Shown here: positions 16,291-18,051 of the stretch, piece after piece
How positions within the stretch are numbered: position 1 is the stretch's first letter
Layout of the letters: each line of letters starts with the position of its first letter
Source of the DNA: Candidatus Hermodarchaeota archaeon
Lineage (GTDB): Archaea > Asgardarchaeota > Lokiarchaeia > Sigyniarchaeales > SOKP01
DNA length: 18,051 nucleotides
Direction: 5' to 3'
Assembly (NCBI GenBank): GCA_048885525.1
Contig: JBHLLP010000057.1
Coordinates: forward strand, 1-18,051
Translations under genes and position numbers: made by a program
Notes under the pieces: model-generated
What the model was told of the DNA's origin: nothing
Seen by the model: the letters and a program-made list of their open reading frames with translations, nothing else
Database searches by the model: none

Positions 16291-16407
16291 ATGATCATTA
16301 TTAGACTAAGTTATTTCTGTTTTTTAAAATAAAAGACTTAAATAATCCTAAGAAGAATTAGAATTGTTAAATATAATTTGCTTAACTAAAAATATAGGTG
16401 GATATTT

Positions 16408-18051
16408 TTGTCGAATACAAAAAATTTAGTTGCAATGGCTTTTGATACTGGAGGTACAATGTCAGATACTTTTATAATTGATGAGAATGGAGTTTTTGTA
16501 GTAGGAAAAGCGCAAACTACACCGGAAAATGAATCTATTGGTATTTTGAATTCTATTAAGGACGCATTGGAACAATGGGAAACAAAAATAGAGGAATCAG
16601 GTCAATCTATTGAAGCTTTAGTGTATTCTGGAACTGCCATGGTAAATAGACTTTTAGAACGACAAGGTAATAGCAATATAGGAGTTATTGTTAATGCAGG
16701 ATTTGAAGATTTACTTAGACTTGGTCGTGCTTTACAATGTTGGATTTATCTTGACTATGGAGGGCGATTGCACGCAAGAGAACATGAACATCCCGAACCA
16801 TTAATACCTAGAAAGCAAATCAAAGGAGTACGTGGGAGAATTAACTTTTGGGGAGATGAATTAATTCCTTTATATAAAGAAGATGTTAGAAGAGTCATTG
16901 AAGAATTACTTGATATGAATGTTGACAGTATTTGTGTATGCTTACTTTGTTCATATATGAATACAAGCCACGAATTACAAGTAAAGGCTATTGCTGAAAA
17001 GATAATGAAAGAACACAATAAGGAGATTCCAATTATTTTATCGTGTGAACACAACCCTGTGCGGGGAGAAACTCCAAGATTAAATGCTCTTATTATAGAA
17101 CAATATGCAGCAGAACCTTCTAGGAAGCAATTAATAAATATATCTGAAACAATGAAACAGAAAGGAGTTCCAGCCCCTTTAAGAATATTAACAACGTATG
17201 GTGGAACGATGTCTCCATATCATAAAACCCTAATTCCAACTATGGTTTCAGGTCCAATTGGAGGTATGATTGGTACTAAATTCATTGCTGAAAAATATGG
17301 AATAAAAAATCTTGTATCTAGCGATGTTGGAGGTACAAGTTTCGATGTCGGACTTGTCATGGAGAGATATCTCCCAACTAAATGGGAAAGCTCGCTAGGA
17401 AGGTTTATACTAAATATTCCTATGATCGCTTTAGATTCAATAGGAGCAGGTACTGGTATGTATGTAAGGTATAACGATATTTCAGGTAGATTGGAATTTG
17501 GCCCCGAAAGTGCAGGATATAAAATAGGGGTTTGTAATGAACAATCTGGAGTAGAAACAGTGACAATGACTGATTGTAGTTTGATTTTAGGTTATCTTAA
17601 TCCAGATTACTTTCTTGGTGGAAAAGTATTTTTAAATAAAGCACGAGCCTATAAATGTATTGAGCAACAGTTAGCTCAACCTTTTAAAGCTGATCCTTAT
17701 AACGCAGCTCGAGGCGCTTTAGATCTTATCGAAATTAATATGAAAAACCATCTTAATGGAATGATTCAAGGGTTAGGTTTTAGACCTGAAAATTATACAC
17801 TAATCTCATTTGGTGGTGGAGGACCTTTACATGTAGCCGGATATTCAAGAGGTTTAAATTTTCAAGAAATCTTGGTACCAGAATGGGCTCCTGCTTTCTC
17901 TGCTTTTGGATGTTCCTGTGCAGACCATTCATATAGGCATGAAAAGTCAGTTGATTTAGTTATTCCCCCAGATGGGAGTATGATTGGGTTTGTTTCTTCG
18001 ATCCTCAGTTCTACTTGGAATGAATTAAAAACCAATATTATAAAGGAATTC
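16408..18051 (+). CDS. acxA: Acetone carboxylase beta subunit-like protein (hydantoinase/oxoprolinase A family), 3' end truncated by window edge
   Basis: Not in ORF track. The TTG start after AGGTGG gives MSNTKNLVAMAFDTGGTMSDTFIIDENGVFVVGKAQTTPENES...VYSGTAMVNRLLER...SGPIGG...SDVGGTSFD...DSIGAGTG...GPESAGYKIGVC...SFGGGGPLH...PEWAPAFSAFGC, open for 548 codons. The FVVGKAQ, YSGTAM.NR and SAGY.(I/V)GVC variants are typical of AcxA rather than generic HyuA. Confidence 0.9.
   Translation, partial: MSNTKNLVAMAFDTGGTMSDTFIIDENGVFVVGKAQTTPENESIGILNSIKDALEQWETKIEESGQSIEALVYSGTAMVNRLLERQGNSNIGVIVNAGFEDLLRLGRALQCWIYLDYGGRLHAREHEHPEPLIPRKQIKGVRGRINFWGDELIPLYKEDVRRVIEELLDMNVDSICVCLLCSYMNTSHELQVKAIAEKIMKEHNKEIPIILSCEHNPVRGETPRLNALIIEQYAAEPSRKQLINISETMKQKGVPAPLRILTTYGGTMSPYHKTLIPTMVSGPIGGMIGTKFIAEKYGIKNLVSSDVGGTSFDVGLVMERYLPTKWESSLGRFILNIPMIALDSIGAGTGMYVRYNDISGRLEFGPESAGYKIGVCNEQSGVETVTMTDCSLILGYLNPDYFLGGKVFLNKARAYKCIEQQLAQPFKADPYNAARGALDLIEINMKNHLNGMIQGLGFRPENYTLISFGGGGPLHVAGYSRGLNFQEILVPEWAPAFSAFGCSCADHSYRHEKSVDLVIPPDGSMIGFVSSILSSTWNELKTNIIKEF

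Noticed and set aside
15193-16407. CRISPR array, tRNA or IS element in the long gene-poor region
   Set aside because: Only two copies of the 21-mer, 399 nt apart; no cloverleaf/T-loop signature and no transposase ORF.
16755-17054. 99-aa minus-strand ORF
   Set aside because: Antisense to the well-supported acxA-like frame.

Overview
Strongly AT-rich archaeal genomic DNA. Gene content (longin/roadblock domains, a Rag/Arf-like small GTPase, eL13, a giant glycosylated single-pass surface protein, frequent TTG starts, oligo-T terminators) points to Asgard archaea, most likely Lokiarchaeia/Promethearchaeota; this is an inference. The window has about 14 genes. Two are cut by the edges and absent from the supplied ORF track: a PD-(D/E)xK/Mrr-like nuclease at <1..416 (-) and an acetone carboxylase beta subunit at 16408..>18051 (+). 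Main observations: (i) one polypeptide fuses a folliculin/SMCR8-type longin domain carrying the DxxARG arginine-finger motif to a Rag-like GTPase and a C-terminal roadblock domain, i.e. a possible GTPase fused to its own GAP; (ii) two further longin + winged-helix proteins lie nearby, one soluble and one as the cytoplasmic tail of a 1307-aa receptor-like membrane protein; (iii) an intact-frame but apparently catalytically dead class III ribonucleotide reductase paralogue keeps its ATP-cone; (iv) eL13 is fused to a helix-hairpin-helix domain; (v) an intergenic element has nested inverted repeats, a small hydrophobic ORF and a duplicated promoter-like motif. No rRNA, tRNA, CRISPR array or transposase was seen. 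All family assignments come from motif recognition by eye, not from database searches.
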